Source: Candidatus Enterousia sp.
Lineage (GTDB): Bacteria > Pseudomonadota > Alphaproteobacteria > Rs-D84
Assembly: GCA_045635825.1 (NCBI GenBank)
Contig: JAZTWM010000015.1
Coordinates: 6,786 to 70,785 of the forward strand
Reading direction: 5' to 3'
DNA length: 64,000 nucleotides
In this document: in pieces, positions 38,622-47,929 of the stretch
Layout of the letters: each line of letters opens with the position of its first letter
How positions within the stretch are numbered: the stretch's first letter is position 1
Position numbers and translations under genes: made by a program
Notes under the pieces: model-generated
The model's input: only the letters and a program-made list of their open reading frames with translations
Databases searched by the model: none
What the model was told of the DNA's origin: nothing

Positions 38622-39581
38622 ATGGCAATTAAAATTCGTGATTTCGAAGTGCGTTTAACACGCAACAAAGAAGAACGCAAACAGGTTAGACAATTAAGAT
38701 ACAAGGTATTTGTAGAAGAAGAAGGTGCTGGTGCAAGCGAAGAACAACGTGCATTGGGCGAAGAATATGATGCATATGACAGATTTGCAGAATATATGGC
38801 CGTCTTTCACAATGGACGTGTTGTTGGAACATATCGCATCATTGACAGAAATGCCGCAGAAAAAATGGGCGGTTTTTATACAGAGACTGAGTTTAATATT
38901 TCCAAGATTAAAAAATATCGTGGGAATATTGCAGAAATGTCACGTGCATGTGTTGAAAAATCATATCGTGAAAATGCATTGGTTATGCGTATGTTGTGGG
39001 CGGGTTTAGGCGAACTGATTGTACGCAGAAAAATTGGCGTATTGTTTGGCGTCGCGTCCTTTGTTGGAACAAAGCCTGCACGTTCTGCACAGGCGATTTC
39101 ATACCTGTATTATAATCATTTAACACCATCACGTTTGCGTGCAACGGTTGTACCAGAAAACTTTGCAGAAGGCATCAATCCAAAATTGGCACGCATGAAT
39201 ATTTTGCCACGTGAATTTGTTGATGCAGCAGATGCCAAGGCAGAAATGACACCGCTGATTAAAGGCTATTTGCGATTGGGGGCAACATTTGGTCGTGGCG
39301 TCTTTGTCGATGCACCATTTAATTCTTATGACGTGTTTGTTATGATAGAAACACGCAAGATGGACGCAACATATCAAAAGCATTTCTTGGGTCGTGAAAA
39401 TGCGTTGGGCGACCCAGAAGACGACAGAGAAAAAATCATCAAGACCGTTGGAAAAATTATAACATTGCCGGTTGTCGGCCCATTCAAGGTCGTTCGCGCG
39501 GTGGTTGATTTCTTGTTGCACGAAGATGCGGATGATGTGGAATATATTGAAGACAGCGAAAAAACAGAAACCGAAGAATAA
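38622..39581 (+). CDS. olsB: GNAT-type N-acyltransferase, OlsB-like (ornithine lipid synthesis step 1)
   Basis: Architecture and size of OlsB/hemolysin-like acyltransferases. Directly upstream of a PlsC-like gene, as in olsBA operons. Confidence 0.65.
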   Translation: MAIKIRDFEVRLTRNKEERKQVRQLRYKVFVEEEGAGASEEQRALGEEYDAYDRFAEYMAVFHNGRVVGTYRIIDRNAAEKMGGFYTETEFNISKIKKYRGNIAEMSRACVEKSYRENALVMRMLWAGLGELIVRRKIGVLFGVASFVGTKPARSAQAISYLYYNHLTPSRLRATVVPENFAEGINPKLARMNILPREFVDAADAKAEMTPLIKGYLRLGATFGRGVFVDAPFNSYDVFVMIETRKMDATYQKHFLGRENALGDPEDDREKIIKTVGKIITLPVVGPFKVVRAVVDFLLHEDADDVEYIEDSEKTETEE

Positions 39582-39585
39582 AGTT

Positions 39586-40410
39586 ATGGCAAAAGCAAAA
39601 TTACGCAAACAAAATATTTTTAACACAACAACGGCAGCAATCAAATTCGTACTGTTCTGGGTGGCCGTTGTTTTACAGTTGCCGATATTGATTTTATTAC
39701 CACGTCGTTGGGCGGTACAATATATGCCAGTGTTTATGTGGTTCTTGGTTAAATTGGGTGGAATTAAAATTGTTGTAAAGGGTGAACTGTCAAAAAAGCG
39801 TCCGCTGATGGTTGTTTCAAATCATATTTCTGTATTTGAAATTGCAACATTCCCATTTGCATTCAAAGGCAGTTTTATCGCAAAAAAAGAAATGGAAAGT
39901 TGGCCATTGGTCGGTTGGGTTGCAAAAAAGTTTGGCGTTATATTTGTTGATCGTCGCCCATCACATGCACGTGATGCATTGGCGGTTGTACAACGTGCCG
40001 TCCAATCTGTAGAATATCCAATGATTCTGTTCCCAGAAGGGACAACAACAAATGGTGCATACGTAAAGCCATTTAAAAGCACACTGTTTAATTTTGTCGA
40101 AAACTCGAACGTTACAGTTCAACCAATGGCGATGCATTACAGATATAAAGACGGTTCTGTAATTGACGAACAGACAATGGCAGATCACTTTGCATATTTT
40201 GATAACAAAAAAATGGATATGGGGCCATACTGTAAACGTGAACGCAGTGCATTTGGTCAGGTATTCCATATTATGATGCTGGGCGGCTTTACAGTTGAAA
40301 TTACATTGTTGCCACCACCGTCTTTGGACGGTATGGACAGAAAACAAATTGCAGATGTATTGCAAAAGCAGGTTTCAGAAAAATATATGGAATTAAAAGA
40401 CAAAAAATAA
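39586..40410 (+). CDS. olsA: Lysophospholipid/lyso-ornithine lipid acyltransferase (PlsC family), OlsA-like
   Basis: H(x4)D motif in VVSNHISVFEI. FPEGTTTNG motif. Start at MAKAKL, 5 nt after the olsB stop. Confidence 0.65.
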   Translation: MAKAKLRKQNIFNTTTAAIKFVLFWVAVVLQLPILILLPRRWAVQYMPVFMWFLVKLGGIKIVVKGELSKKRPLMVVSNHISVFEIATFPFAFKGSFIAKKEMESWPLVGWVAKKFGVIFVDRRPSHARDALAVVQRAVQSVEYPMILFPEGTTTNGAYVKPFKSTLFNFVENSNVTVQPMAMHYRYKDGSVIDEQTMADHFAYFDNKKMDMGPYCKRERSAFGQVFHIMMLGGFTVEITLLPPPSLDGMDRKQIADVLQKQVSEKYMELKDKK

Positions 40411-40431
40411 AAAACAAAGCGGTAATTTAAA

Positions 40432-41712
40432 ATGAGAATTGAAAACTTATGTGTACGTAGATTGATTGGTGATGTTGCAGGTGCAACAACACATGGTCAC
40501 AAAATGGCGATTAAAGGCGGATATATTTATCAAACATTTCAAGGCGGATATACACTGTCACCATTAGGTTGGCGTGTTGTACGCAATATAGAAAATATTA
40601 TTCGCAATGAAATGGACGCAATTGATGGCCAGGAAATCTTGATGCCGGTTGTATCAGGTGCAGACATTTGGCGCGAAAGTGGCCGTTATGATACAGTTGA
40701 CGTATTGGCAAAGTTCAAGGGGCGGTCGGGCACAGACTACGTATTAAACCCAACACATGAAGAAGTGGTTGTAGACTATGTAAAGTCTGTGTTGGAAACA
40801 TATCGCCAGATGCCATTTATGGTTTACCAAATCCAAACAAAGTTCCGTGATGAATTACGTGCACGTGCAGGCCTGATTCGCACACGCGAATTTATTATGA
40901 AAGACGCATATTCTTTTCATGAAACACAGGCAGATTTAGAAGCGTATTATGCCAGATGTTTGGACGCATATGTTCGCATCTTTAGGAGATGTGGTTTGAA
41001 AAATGTTGTACACGTATTGTCTTCAACAGGCGATATGGGTGGCAGCGTGGCACATGAATTCCAGTTAATCAACGATATGGGTGAAGACACAATTTACCTG
41101 TGTGATTGTGGTTTCAGTACGAACAAAGAACTGATTGATGACGAAACCGAAGAATGCCCAAAATGTGGCAAAAAAATGCAAAAGGTTCGTGGTATTGAAA
41201 TCGGTAATATTTTCCAGTTGGGAACAAAGTATTCTACATCTATGAATCTGACATATGCTGCGGCAGATGGCGAATCCAAGAATCCAATTATGGGTTGCTA
41301 TGGCATTGGGGTTGGTCGCACAATGGCAGCAATCATGGAAGAAAGTGCGGATGATAAAGGCCCAATATGGAATATGGCAACCGCGCCATTTGCAGTCGAG
41401 GTAATTGGCCTGCCAGATAAAGAAGGCAAAACATTGGCATTGGCCGAAGAAATCTATAACAATCTGAAGACGGTTGGTATTGAGGCAATTCTGGACAATC
41501 GCGATGCACGTGCAGGCGAAAAGTTTGCAGATGCAGATTTGATTGCTGCACCAATTCGCATGATTGTATCATCTAAGAATCTGGCAAATAATGCGATAGA
41601 AGTAAAGTATCGTGTCAATGATGTAGATGCAGCCGAATTTAAGACATCGTTCGGTTTAGATACATATATGTCAGAAGTTGCAGATACAATATTAAAGTTG
41701 CTAGGCAAATAA
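40432..41712 (+). CDS. proS: Prolyl-tRNA synthetase, short (no editing domain) type
   Basis: Class II motifs incl. FRDELRARAGLIRTREFIMKDAYSF. C-terminal anticodon-binding domain. Zn-binding CDC...CPKC insertion. Confidence 0.85.
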   Translation: MRIENLCVRRLIGDVAGATTHGHKMAIKGGYIYQTFQGGYTLSPLGWRVVRNIENIIRNEMDAIDGQEILMPVVSGADIWRESGRYDTVDVLAKFKGRSGTDYVLNPTHEEVVVDYVKSVLETYRQMPFMVYQIQTKFRDELRARAGLIRTREFIMKDAYSFHETQADLEAYYARCLDAYVRIFRRCGLKNVVHVLSSTGDMGGSVAHEFQLINDMGEDTIYLCDCGFSTNKELIDDETEECPKCGKKMQKVRGIEIGNIFQLGTKYSTSMNLTYAAADGESKNPIMGCYGIGVGRTMAAIMEESADDKGPIWNMATAPFAVEVIGLPDKEGKTLALAEEIYNNLKTVGIEAILDNRDARAGEKFADADLIAAPIRMIVSSKNLANNAIEVKYRVNDVDAAEFKTSFGLDTYMSEVADTILKLLGK

Positions 41713-41745
41713 AAAAATCCCCCGTTTGGGGGATTTTTTATTTAC
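41713..41745. terminator. Bidirectional hairpin terminator between proS and ihfA-like
   Basis: AAAAAAATCCCCCGTTTGGGGGATTTTTT. Confidence 0.6.
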
Positions 41746-42028
41746 CGTTCGCGACACGTTCACGAAACTCGTTACTGGGGCGGAATGTAGCGACACGACG
41801 CGCACTGATAACCGCAGATTCACCAGTTTTTGGGTTACGCCCCATACGGGCATTCTTTTCCAGAATCTTGAAACTGCCAAAGCCAGCAAACTTAACTTCT
41901 TCGCCATTAATCAAGGCATCACGTATCTCATCGAACACAACGTCAACCATCTTGTATGCGTCCGCAGTCGTCAAACCAAAACGTTCACGCAATCTGTCTG
42001 CAAAATCACTTCTTGTTATTGTTGCCAT
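41738..42028 (-). CDS. ihfA: IHF/HU family DNA-binding protein (IHF-alpha-like)
   Basis: GFGSF...RMGRNPKTGE...TFRPS arm motif. Confidence 0.7.
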   Translation of the reverse strand: MATITRSDFADRLRERFGLTTADAYKMVDVVFDEIRDALINGEEVKFAGFGSFKILEKNARMGRNPKTGESAVISARRVATFRPSNEFRERVANGK

Positions 42029-42057
42029 TTTATTACCCTCTGCTGTTTATTTGTTGT

Positions 42058-43002
42058 TTATACACGTATCAAAGCCGCACCCCAGGTTAAACCACTGCCA
42101 AATGCGGGATACAAAATTAACTGTCCCGGTTTTATAATACCATTATCAAACGCATATGCCAATGCTAAAACACCGGATGCACCACTGGTATTTGCGTGTT
42201 TATCAACAGTAACCAAAATCTTGTCCATTGGAAAATCCAATCGGGCAGCACAACTGTTAATAATACGCAGGTTTGCCTGATGCGGAATAATCCAATCAAC
42301 GTTTTGGGCGGTTATGCCGGCATGTTCCATTATGTAACGAGCAGCATCTGGCATACACTGAACCGCCTTTTTATACGTTTCAGGACCATTCATTTCAATC
42401 TTGTGGTCATCTGTGCCATGCAGACACTTAAATTCGCCACCGTCCGCCATTATAACAGTATCAATAATACCAGAATAACTGGATGTAGAATGTTCGAATA
42501 TCAATGCACCTGCCCCGTCACCGAACAAAACCGCAGTAGATCTGTCGTTCATATCAACAAAGCGTGTCATTTTTTCTGCACCAATCAGCATTATACGACG
42601 ATGCATACCAGCCGTAAAAAAACCACGCGCACAATGCAATGCATAAATATATCCTGTACATGCACCACGCACATCAAATGCAGGCAGATTGTTTGTTGCA
42701 CCCAAACGGCCGGCCACTTGAACTGCAACGGAAGGAAAATCAAGTTCAGGTGTCGTTGTTGCAACGATTATCAAATCAATATCATTGATTGACAAACCTG
42801 CGTTTTCCAGCGCACGCATACCAGCAACAGTCGCCATATCAACAACCGTTTCATCATCACGTGCAAAATGACGCTGACGAATGCCAGTACGAGTCGTAAT
42901 CCATTCATCGGTTGTGTCCATAATACGTTCAAAGTCCGCATTCGTCATAATGCGTTCAGGTAAATAAGAACCATAACCGATTAGTTTATTTCCCATTTCC
43001 AC
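42058..43002 (-). CDS. fabH: 3-oxoacyl-ACP synthase III
   Basis: FabH N-terminus (IGYGSYLPERIMTNADFE), active-site Cys region GACTGYIYALHCA, C-terminal GFGSGLTWGA. Confidence 0.9.
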   Translation of the reverse strand: MEMGNKLIGYGSYLPERIMTNADFERIMDTTDEWITTRTGIRQRHFARDDETVVDMATVAGMRALENAGLSINDIDLIIVATTTPELDFPSVAVQVAGRLGATNNLPAFDVRGACTGYIYALHCARGFFTAGMHRRIMLIGAEKMTRFVDMNDRSTAVLFGDGAGALIFEHSTSSYSGIIDTVIMADGGEFKCLHGTDDHKIEMNGPETYKKAVQCMPDAARYIMEHAGITAQNVDWIIPHQANLRIINSCAARLDFPMDKILVTVDKHANTSGASGVLALAYAFDNGIIKPGQLILYPAFGSGLTWGAALIRV

Positions 43003-43114
43003 ACCTGTATAATTTTAGCCCTGGCATTATACAAGCCAAAAAACAACCTTGCAATATTTTTTAATTATAATATTTATTTTGAAATAAAATGCGGGGTGAT
43101 ACCCCGCCTTGATA

Positions 43115-45130
43115 TTAATGACTGCCTTTACCTAGATCACGACGCAAACGGTGCAAAGCTTGGTTGATATTTTGCAGTTCTGCAATCGCATTTTCACGTT
43201 CTTGCATTTTCATCAACACAACACGCAATTGTTCTGTCAACCCCAGCATTTTTTCAATTTCTGTTTCGTTGGACAGACGCGTTATCAGCGATGTACGCTT
43301 ATCCGCAAGTTCTTTGTACTGAACTTCGTATTTATGTGCCAAGGCATAAACATCCCCCCAAGTTGGGTTAGCAGAATCATCATGTGCATTTGGCACAGCG
43401 GTTGTACGAGCCTTGTTTTCAACGGTCTTTTTGCCAGACTGGGACATAATCTTTTTGTTTGGCAACACACGATCTGTCACAGGCCGCATTATACGTGGAC
43501 GACGTGGACGATGTGGACGTGCGGTCTGTACCGGTGCAACAGGCGAAGCGGTCGCTTCTGCAGACGATTGTGTTATCACAGGCACACATTCTGTCACAGT
43601 CGGCTGTTGCGTGGTTGCATTTTCTAACACATTGCTGGTGACATCTGTATTATCTGGGATATTTGTTGACACAGGCTGGGATAAATCAGGTTTTGCATTT
43701 ACTGGTTTTGTTGCGACAGATGTGTCATCAGCATCCGTACCATCCACATCAGGTCTGGTATGTGGGGCGGATAATTTTTCAATCAAATCAGGAACCGACA
43801 ACAGTTCATGATAATTATAACCTGCGGGGTTAAATTTGGTGGCACGTATACATTCCTTGTATTCAATTTGCTGTTTACCCTTGGCATGGCCTGAAAAAAC
43901 ATTTTCGGCAACAAAGCATTTTTCTGTACCGGAAACCGCCCATACAATACGTGGTCCATTGTTTAGCGATCCCAGACTTTGTGCCAGACAATCCTGCGAT
44001 TTAAATTCAACAGACGATTCTTTTTGCAATTTACCATCTGCATCAACATAATAAACCGCATTACCTTCTGTTTTACCGGGTATAATATTTATTGAGTTTA
44101 TTGCATTCAATACCCTAAGCATTGCCTGCTTATCCGTACCGCATAATTGTTGAACCTTTTTCCAGGCAGACTTACTAAAATACTTGTCTATCTTGACACG
44201 TCTAATGCCAGAGCGTGATCCGATTTCAAAACCTTTCTTTTTTGTTGACGCCTGAGCAGGTTGAGTCGCAGGCATAGTTTTTTTCTGCTTTGGTTGAGAC
44301 TGAGGACACGCAACAGACTTCACTGCAGATATAGACTGTGCTATATAATCTGCAACACGTGGTACATCATCACGATGCACACATATAATTTTAACACCAT
44401 CTGTTTGACGCAATTTTTCTGCGACCCTTAATTTTAAATTAACACGTGCAGAACGGGCCTGCTGAATCAAGCGATTCAAATCTTTATCAGGCAACTGGGC
44501 AATAAGCGGTGATGAATTACGACAAAAATCTGCAACTTCTTCGGCGGAGTACCATTGTTCGGTTTTGATTTCTGGCAAATCAATTGTTTTAGCAGATTTT
44601 GGCGTTGTAACCTGTGCCACTGGTACAGCGGCATTAATTTCAGCAACCCAATCTTTTAATGTTGTCTTGCCATCCGTTACAATTACATTTGGATATAGGT
44701 TCATAAACTGGCGTGCAATATATAATGCACCGTCTTTATCAGCCTTGATATTATTAAACAGGGCATGACGAATGGTCACAATGCCGCATTCAGGTGGTAA
44801 TTTCCCCACCAAAACACCAAGATCTTGAATTGCATAACTGCAATCAAGGGCTGTAAACTTTCCAGGCAAAACGGTATCCGGGGTGATTTGATATTTACCG
44901 CAATTCAGGGCCCCCTGAATATCAACGTATTGCATATAAGGAAAAAATGCATTCTTTGCATTACCCAGAGATACATCCTGATTAATTACAAGACGATTAT
45001 CCGCAGATAATTTATCATATGGTAAATCAAATATATCGTACCAGCCCTGAACAGAATCCTGGTCTTTGCCCAACGTTGCTAAAACACTTAATGTCTTTTG
45101 TGCCATAATATCCCCTAATTTTTCACCCAT
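43115..45130 (-). CDS. Large orphan protein with disordered central region and C-terminal coiled coil
   Basis: 671-aa ORF. Central Pro/Thr/Ser/Asp-rich segment and RPHRPRRPRIMRP. C-terminal heptad-like ELQNINQALHRLRRDL. Own hairpin terminator at 43088-43112. Confidence 0.5.
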   Translation of the reverse strand: MGEKLGDIMAQKTLSVLATLGKDQDSVQGWYDIFDLPYDKLSADNRLVINQDVSLGNAKNAFFPYMQYVDIQGALNCGKYQITPDTVLPGKFTALDCSYAIQDLGVLVGKLPPECGIVTIRHALFNNIKADKDGALYIARQFMNLYPNVIVTDGKTTLKDWVAEINAAVPVAQVTTPKSAKTIDLPEIKTEQWYSAEEVADFCRNSSPLIAQLPDKDLNRLIQQARSARVNLKLRVAEKLRQTDGVKIICVHRDDVPRVADYIAQSISAVKSVACPQSQPKQKKTMPATQPAQASTKKKGFEIGSRSGIRRVKIDKYFSKSAWKKVQQLCGTDKQAMLRVLNAINSINIIPGKTEGNAVYYVDADGKLQKESSVEFKSQDCLAQSLGSLNNGPRIVWAVSGTEKCFVAENVFSGHAKGKQQIEYKECIRATKFNPAGYNYHELLSVPDLIEKLSAPHTRPDVDGTDADDTSVATKPVNAKPDLSQPVSTNIPDNTDVTSNVLENATTQQPTVTECVPVITQSSAEATASPVAPVQTARPHRPRRPRIMRPVTDRVLPNKKIMSQSGKKTVENKARTTAVPNAHDDSANPTWGDVYALAHKYEVQYKELADKRTSLITRLSNETEIEKMLGLTEQLRVVLMKMQERENAIAELQNINQALHRLRRDLGKGSH

Positions 45131-45216
45131 ATAATATACAAAGTTTTTATTTTGTCAATAGTACACAATAAAAATATTGCAGTATCTTTTATTTTATTAT
45201 AAGATTTGAACGATTT

Positions 45217-45292
45217 GTCCCCATAGTTCAACAGGATAGAACAAATTCCTCCTAAGAATTAGATGCAGGTTCGAGCCCTGCTGGGGACGCCA
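45217..45292 (+). tRNA. tRNA-Arg (anticodon CCU)
   Basis: 76-nt cloverleaf. Acceptor GTCCCCA/TGGGGAC, anticodon stem AATTC/GAATT with loop CTCCTAA, T-arm GCAGGTTCGAGCCCTGC, CCA encoded. Confidence 0.8.
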
Positions 45293-45300
45293 TCATTGAA

Positions 45301-46224
45301 CTATCTTGATTTTTGCGTTAGAAACAGTGCAACATCCCAAGGACCCGTCATCATCGATTCAACCGACAACATGTCAAATTTTATATTATAATCTTGGGTG
45401 GCAGGATAAAACTCTTTGTCCTCGAAATGTCCAAGGTAATTAGCCCAGGCAACTGGGTTTGCACCCCACATATAATGAAAGCATATCGCCCCTTCTTTTG
45501 TTAGATTCTGTTGAACCAATCCATCCAGAACACCGTTATAATATGCCATCAAACGCCCTGCATAATCTGGGATACCACTGTTTTGATACAGATATTCAAA
45601 TACATTGGACAACATCATAAAGTCGTATCGGTCGGATGTTTGGGACGACAAATCCGTCAAATTACAATGCCGGAACGGTATCTGTTCAGGTAAAACTTTT
45701 GATAACTTTTCGTACTTGGCAGGATCCGCCAGGTATGAGAGATAACAAATCTTGTAATTAGAGTTTTGGGCCGCACCATATTTCAACACATCTTTTGATG
45801 AACTGCGATATTTGGCCAAGAAATCACGTAATTCTGGCGAAAATGAGGACCGAATACCGTTTAAAATAGACATGTCAAAAAAATGATTCTGGCTGAAGAA
45901 GAAATCAACAAACTTTTGATAATCCAGATTACGAATCATATGGGTCTTTAATTCTATGACCGGCTTCTGCCAGGAATTAATATCAAATGTATCAACATGT
46001 TTTGCACCCGCCAAATATGCCTCGAACGCATGGTCGCCAGATGCACCAATTGATAAAACACGTGCATCTTGCAGATTTATAGGACGCAAATAACCCGCCA
46101 CATTTTCATTTGTAAACAGATAGACCGGCGATTTATCTTGAAACGCATAGTCACTGGGGATATTAACGGGTCTGCGTAAAAGTTTCTTGAATATATTATT
46201 CATAGCACGCAAAACATAACACAA
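45301..46224 (-). CDS. Hypothetical protein with class-I SAM-methyltransferase-like motif
   Basis: ARVLSIGASGDHAFEA (motif I-like) and HVDTFDIN (acidic motif II-like). Confidence 0.4.
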   Translation of the reverse strand: MCYVLRAMNNIFKKLLRRPVNIPSDYAFQDKSPVYLFTNENVAGYLRPINLQDARVLSIGASGDHAFEAYLAGAKHVDTFDINSWQKPVIELKTHMIRNLDYQKFVDFFFSQNHFFDMSILNGIRSSFSPELRDFLAKYRSSSKDVLKYGAAQNSNYKICYLSYLADPAKYEKLSKVLPEQIPFRHCNLTDLSSQTSDRYDFMMLSNVFEYLYQNSGIPDYAGRLMAYYNGVLDGLVQQNLTKEGAICFHYMWGANPVAWANYLGHFEDKEFYPATQDYNIKFDMLSVESMMTGPWDVALFLTQKSR

Positions 46225-46306
46225 ATAGGAACATTGTCAATTATTTATTGTTTGATAAGATTTTTTATTTATATATAATATCAAAACTAACAAAGAGATA
46301 TACATA

Positions 46307-46639
46307 ATGAAAAACAAGGTAGTTAAACTGGGGATTATTGCTACAATCGCACCGCACATATTCTGTTGCGGAATCCCGATGATATTGGCGTTTATTGGAC
46401 TTGTCGCACCCGATATGGCACATTTTCACATTCTGCCACATTGGATGGAACCATGGCTGTTCGTGTTTTCTGGGGCGATGCTGGGGCTATCATGGTATTT
46501 GGTATGGCGTGACTGCAGTTGCCAATGTTCGCACTGCAACAAGAACACATCACACAAAGGCCAGAAAATAACACTGACCATTATCACATTTGTATTTATA
46601 GTTAGTTTGATATTGCATTTTTTATCACACAATCATTAA
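46307..46639 (+). CDS. Small Cys-rich membrane protein, MerT-like
   Basis: CC pair in first TM (HIFCCGIPMILAF) and CSCQCSHC cluster. Three hydrophobic helices. Hairpin terminator after the gene. Confidence 0.35.
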   Translation: MKNKVVKLGIIATIAPHIFCCGIPMILAFIGLVAPDMAHFHILPHWMEPWLFVFSGAMLGLSWYLVWRDCSCQCSHCNKNTSHKGQKITLTIITFVFIVSLILHFLSHNH

Positions 46640-46733
46640 AAAACACCACCGACAATTACTTGGCGGTGGTGGCTCCCTTCCTTCTGGATAACCAGAAACT
46701 GTTTGTCCTGATACGCAATGCCCAATAACTGAA

Positions 46734-47069
46734 TTAAGCAGCCATTGCAACACTGGACATATTGGATGCGTCTGCAGAATCCATAATCTTTTTTGCTTCG
46801 GCAAAGACCATTTCTTTAACACGCAATGCCAATGCTTTTGTTTCTAGTGATTCTGCGGAAACTTCAAAATTATCTGTGCGAATTTGCAGCGACACGTATG
46901 CACCAACCAAGGATGGACGTGCCAAATCTTCGATAGAACGAGGTGCATTATTGTGACCAATTTTCAATTCATCGGCCAAGGATACAATTTGTCTGTCTTC
47001 ACTGACCCATACTGTTGTTGTCAAGACCTGGTTTAATGCAATCATAATTTCTTTGATGTTTTTTGGCAT
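46734..47069 (-). CDS. Hypothetical 111-aa protein
   Basis: ORF only. No confident motif. Confidence 0.35.
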   Translation of the reverse strand: MPKNIKEIMIALNQVLTTTVWVSEDRQIVSLADELKIGHNNAPRSIEDLARPSLVGAYVSLQIRTDNFEVSAESLETKALALRVKEMVFAEAKKIMDSADASNMSSVAMAA

Positions 47070-47366
47070 GCGTTTTCCCCTCCTTTCTGGGCAATGTTGT
47101 AAAAACCATCTTTATCTTATGTATACACTAAAGTATTTACAATCGATAAATATAATTTTGTTTTTTATTATTTGTTTTTCCCAAAAATCTGCGAATCCTG
47201 CGGTTTTCTGGGACTTTTATTTCTTTTCCCCTTGTCTATACAAACATCTTAGAACAAAAACGAATCGTAGGTCAAGCACAAAATATATTTATTTTCATTT
47301 TATTTAATTTTTTTCTCTTTTTATTATCAAAACCATAAAATACCATAAAAAAACTATAAATTGTCA

Positions 47367-47395
47367 TTGACAACCATACAACGCCATGCTACATT
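47367..47395 (+). promoter_or_regulatory. Sigma70-like promoter upstream of mraZ
   Basis: TTGACA, 17-bp spacer, TACATT, about 60 nt upstream of the mraZ ATG. Confidence 0.4.
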
Positions 47396-47453
47396 CATTT
47401 TGAAGCAAGGAAAGGGAACTGGAAAAAAACGCACCTTATAAGAGATTCATAGA

Positions 47454-47903
47454 ATGTCATTATTTCTCTCATCTTATGAAAATCGTTTGGATACCAAGGG
47501 GCGTATCTCTGTACCAGCCTCTTTCCGGGCTTCGGTTATGAATGAAAACTTTGCAGGCGTGGTGTTGTATCGTTCTTTTACCAATAATTGCATTGAAGGG
47601 ATGACAATGTCCCGAATGGAACAGATGGCGAACGCAACCGATAAAATGGGCGTCTTTGACAGCGAATTGGATGATTTGTCGGCAATGTTGTTTGCAGATG
47701 CACGACCATTAGCATTTGATGTAACAGGACGTGTTGTTATTCCAGCAGATTTGTTAGAACATGCAGGCATCAAAGATACTGCGGTTTTTGTTGGTCGTGG
47801 AAATAGTTTTCAAATATGGAACCCTGATGCTTTCCGCAACGTGCAGGCACAGGCACTGAGGAACCTGCGGGCGACACGACCAAATTTAAAAATTGGGGAA
47901 TAA
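47454..47903 (+). CDS. mraZ: Transcriptional regulator MraZ
   Basis: Duplicated MraZ/SpoVT-AbrB-like halves (DTKGRISVPASFR and DVTGRVVIPADL). Hairpin terminator at 47905-47932. Confidence 0.85.
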   Translation: MSLFLSSYENRLDTKGRISVPASFRASVMNENFAGVVLYRSFTNNCIEGMTMSRMEQMANATDKMGVFDSELDDLSAMLFADARPLAFDVTGRVVIPADLLEHAGIKDTAVFVGRGNSFQIWNPDAFRNVQAQALRNLRATRPNLKIGE

Positions 47904-47929
47904 AAAACCGCCATTTTGGCGGTCTATTT

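Noticed and set aside
39129-39644. 171-aa minus-strand ORF
   Set aside because: It is antisense to the olsB/olsA junction and Cys/Phe-rich with no start context. Not credible.
43151-43811. Plus-strand ORFs of 132-158 aa with Cys/Arg-rich translations
   Set aside because: Antisense to the 671-aa orphan gene. Their composition reflects the repeat-rich sense strand.
47396-47453. MraZ-box direct repeats downstream of the mraZ promoter
   Set aside because: Only loose GGGAA/CTGGA pentamers occur. There is no convincing array of evenly spaced repeats.
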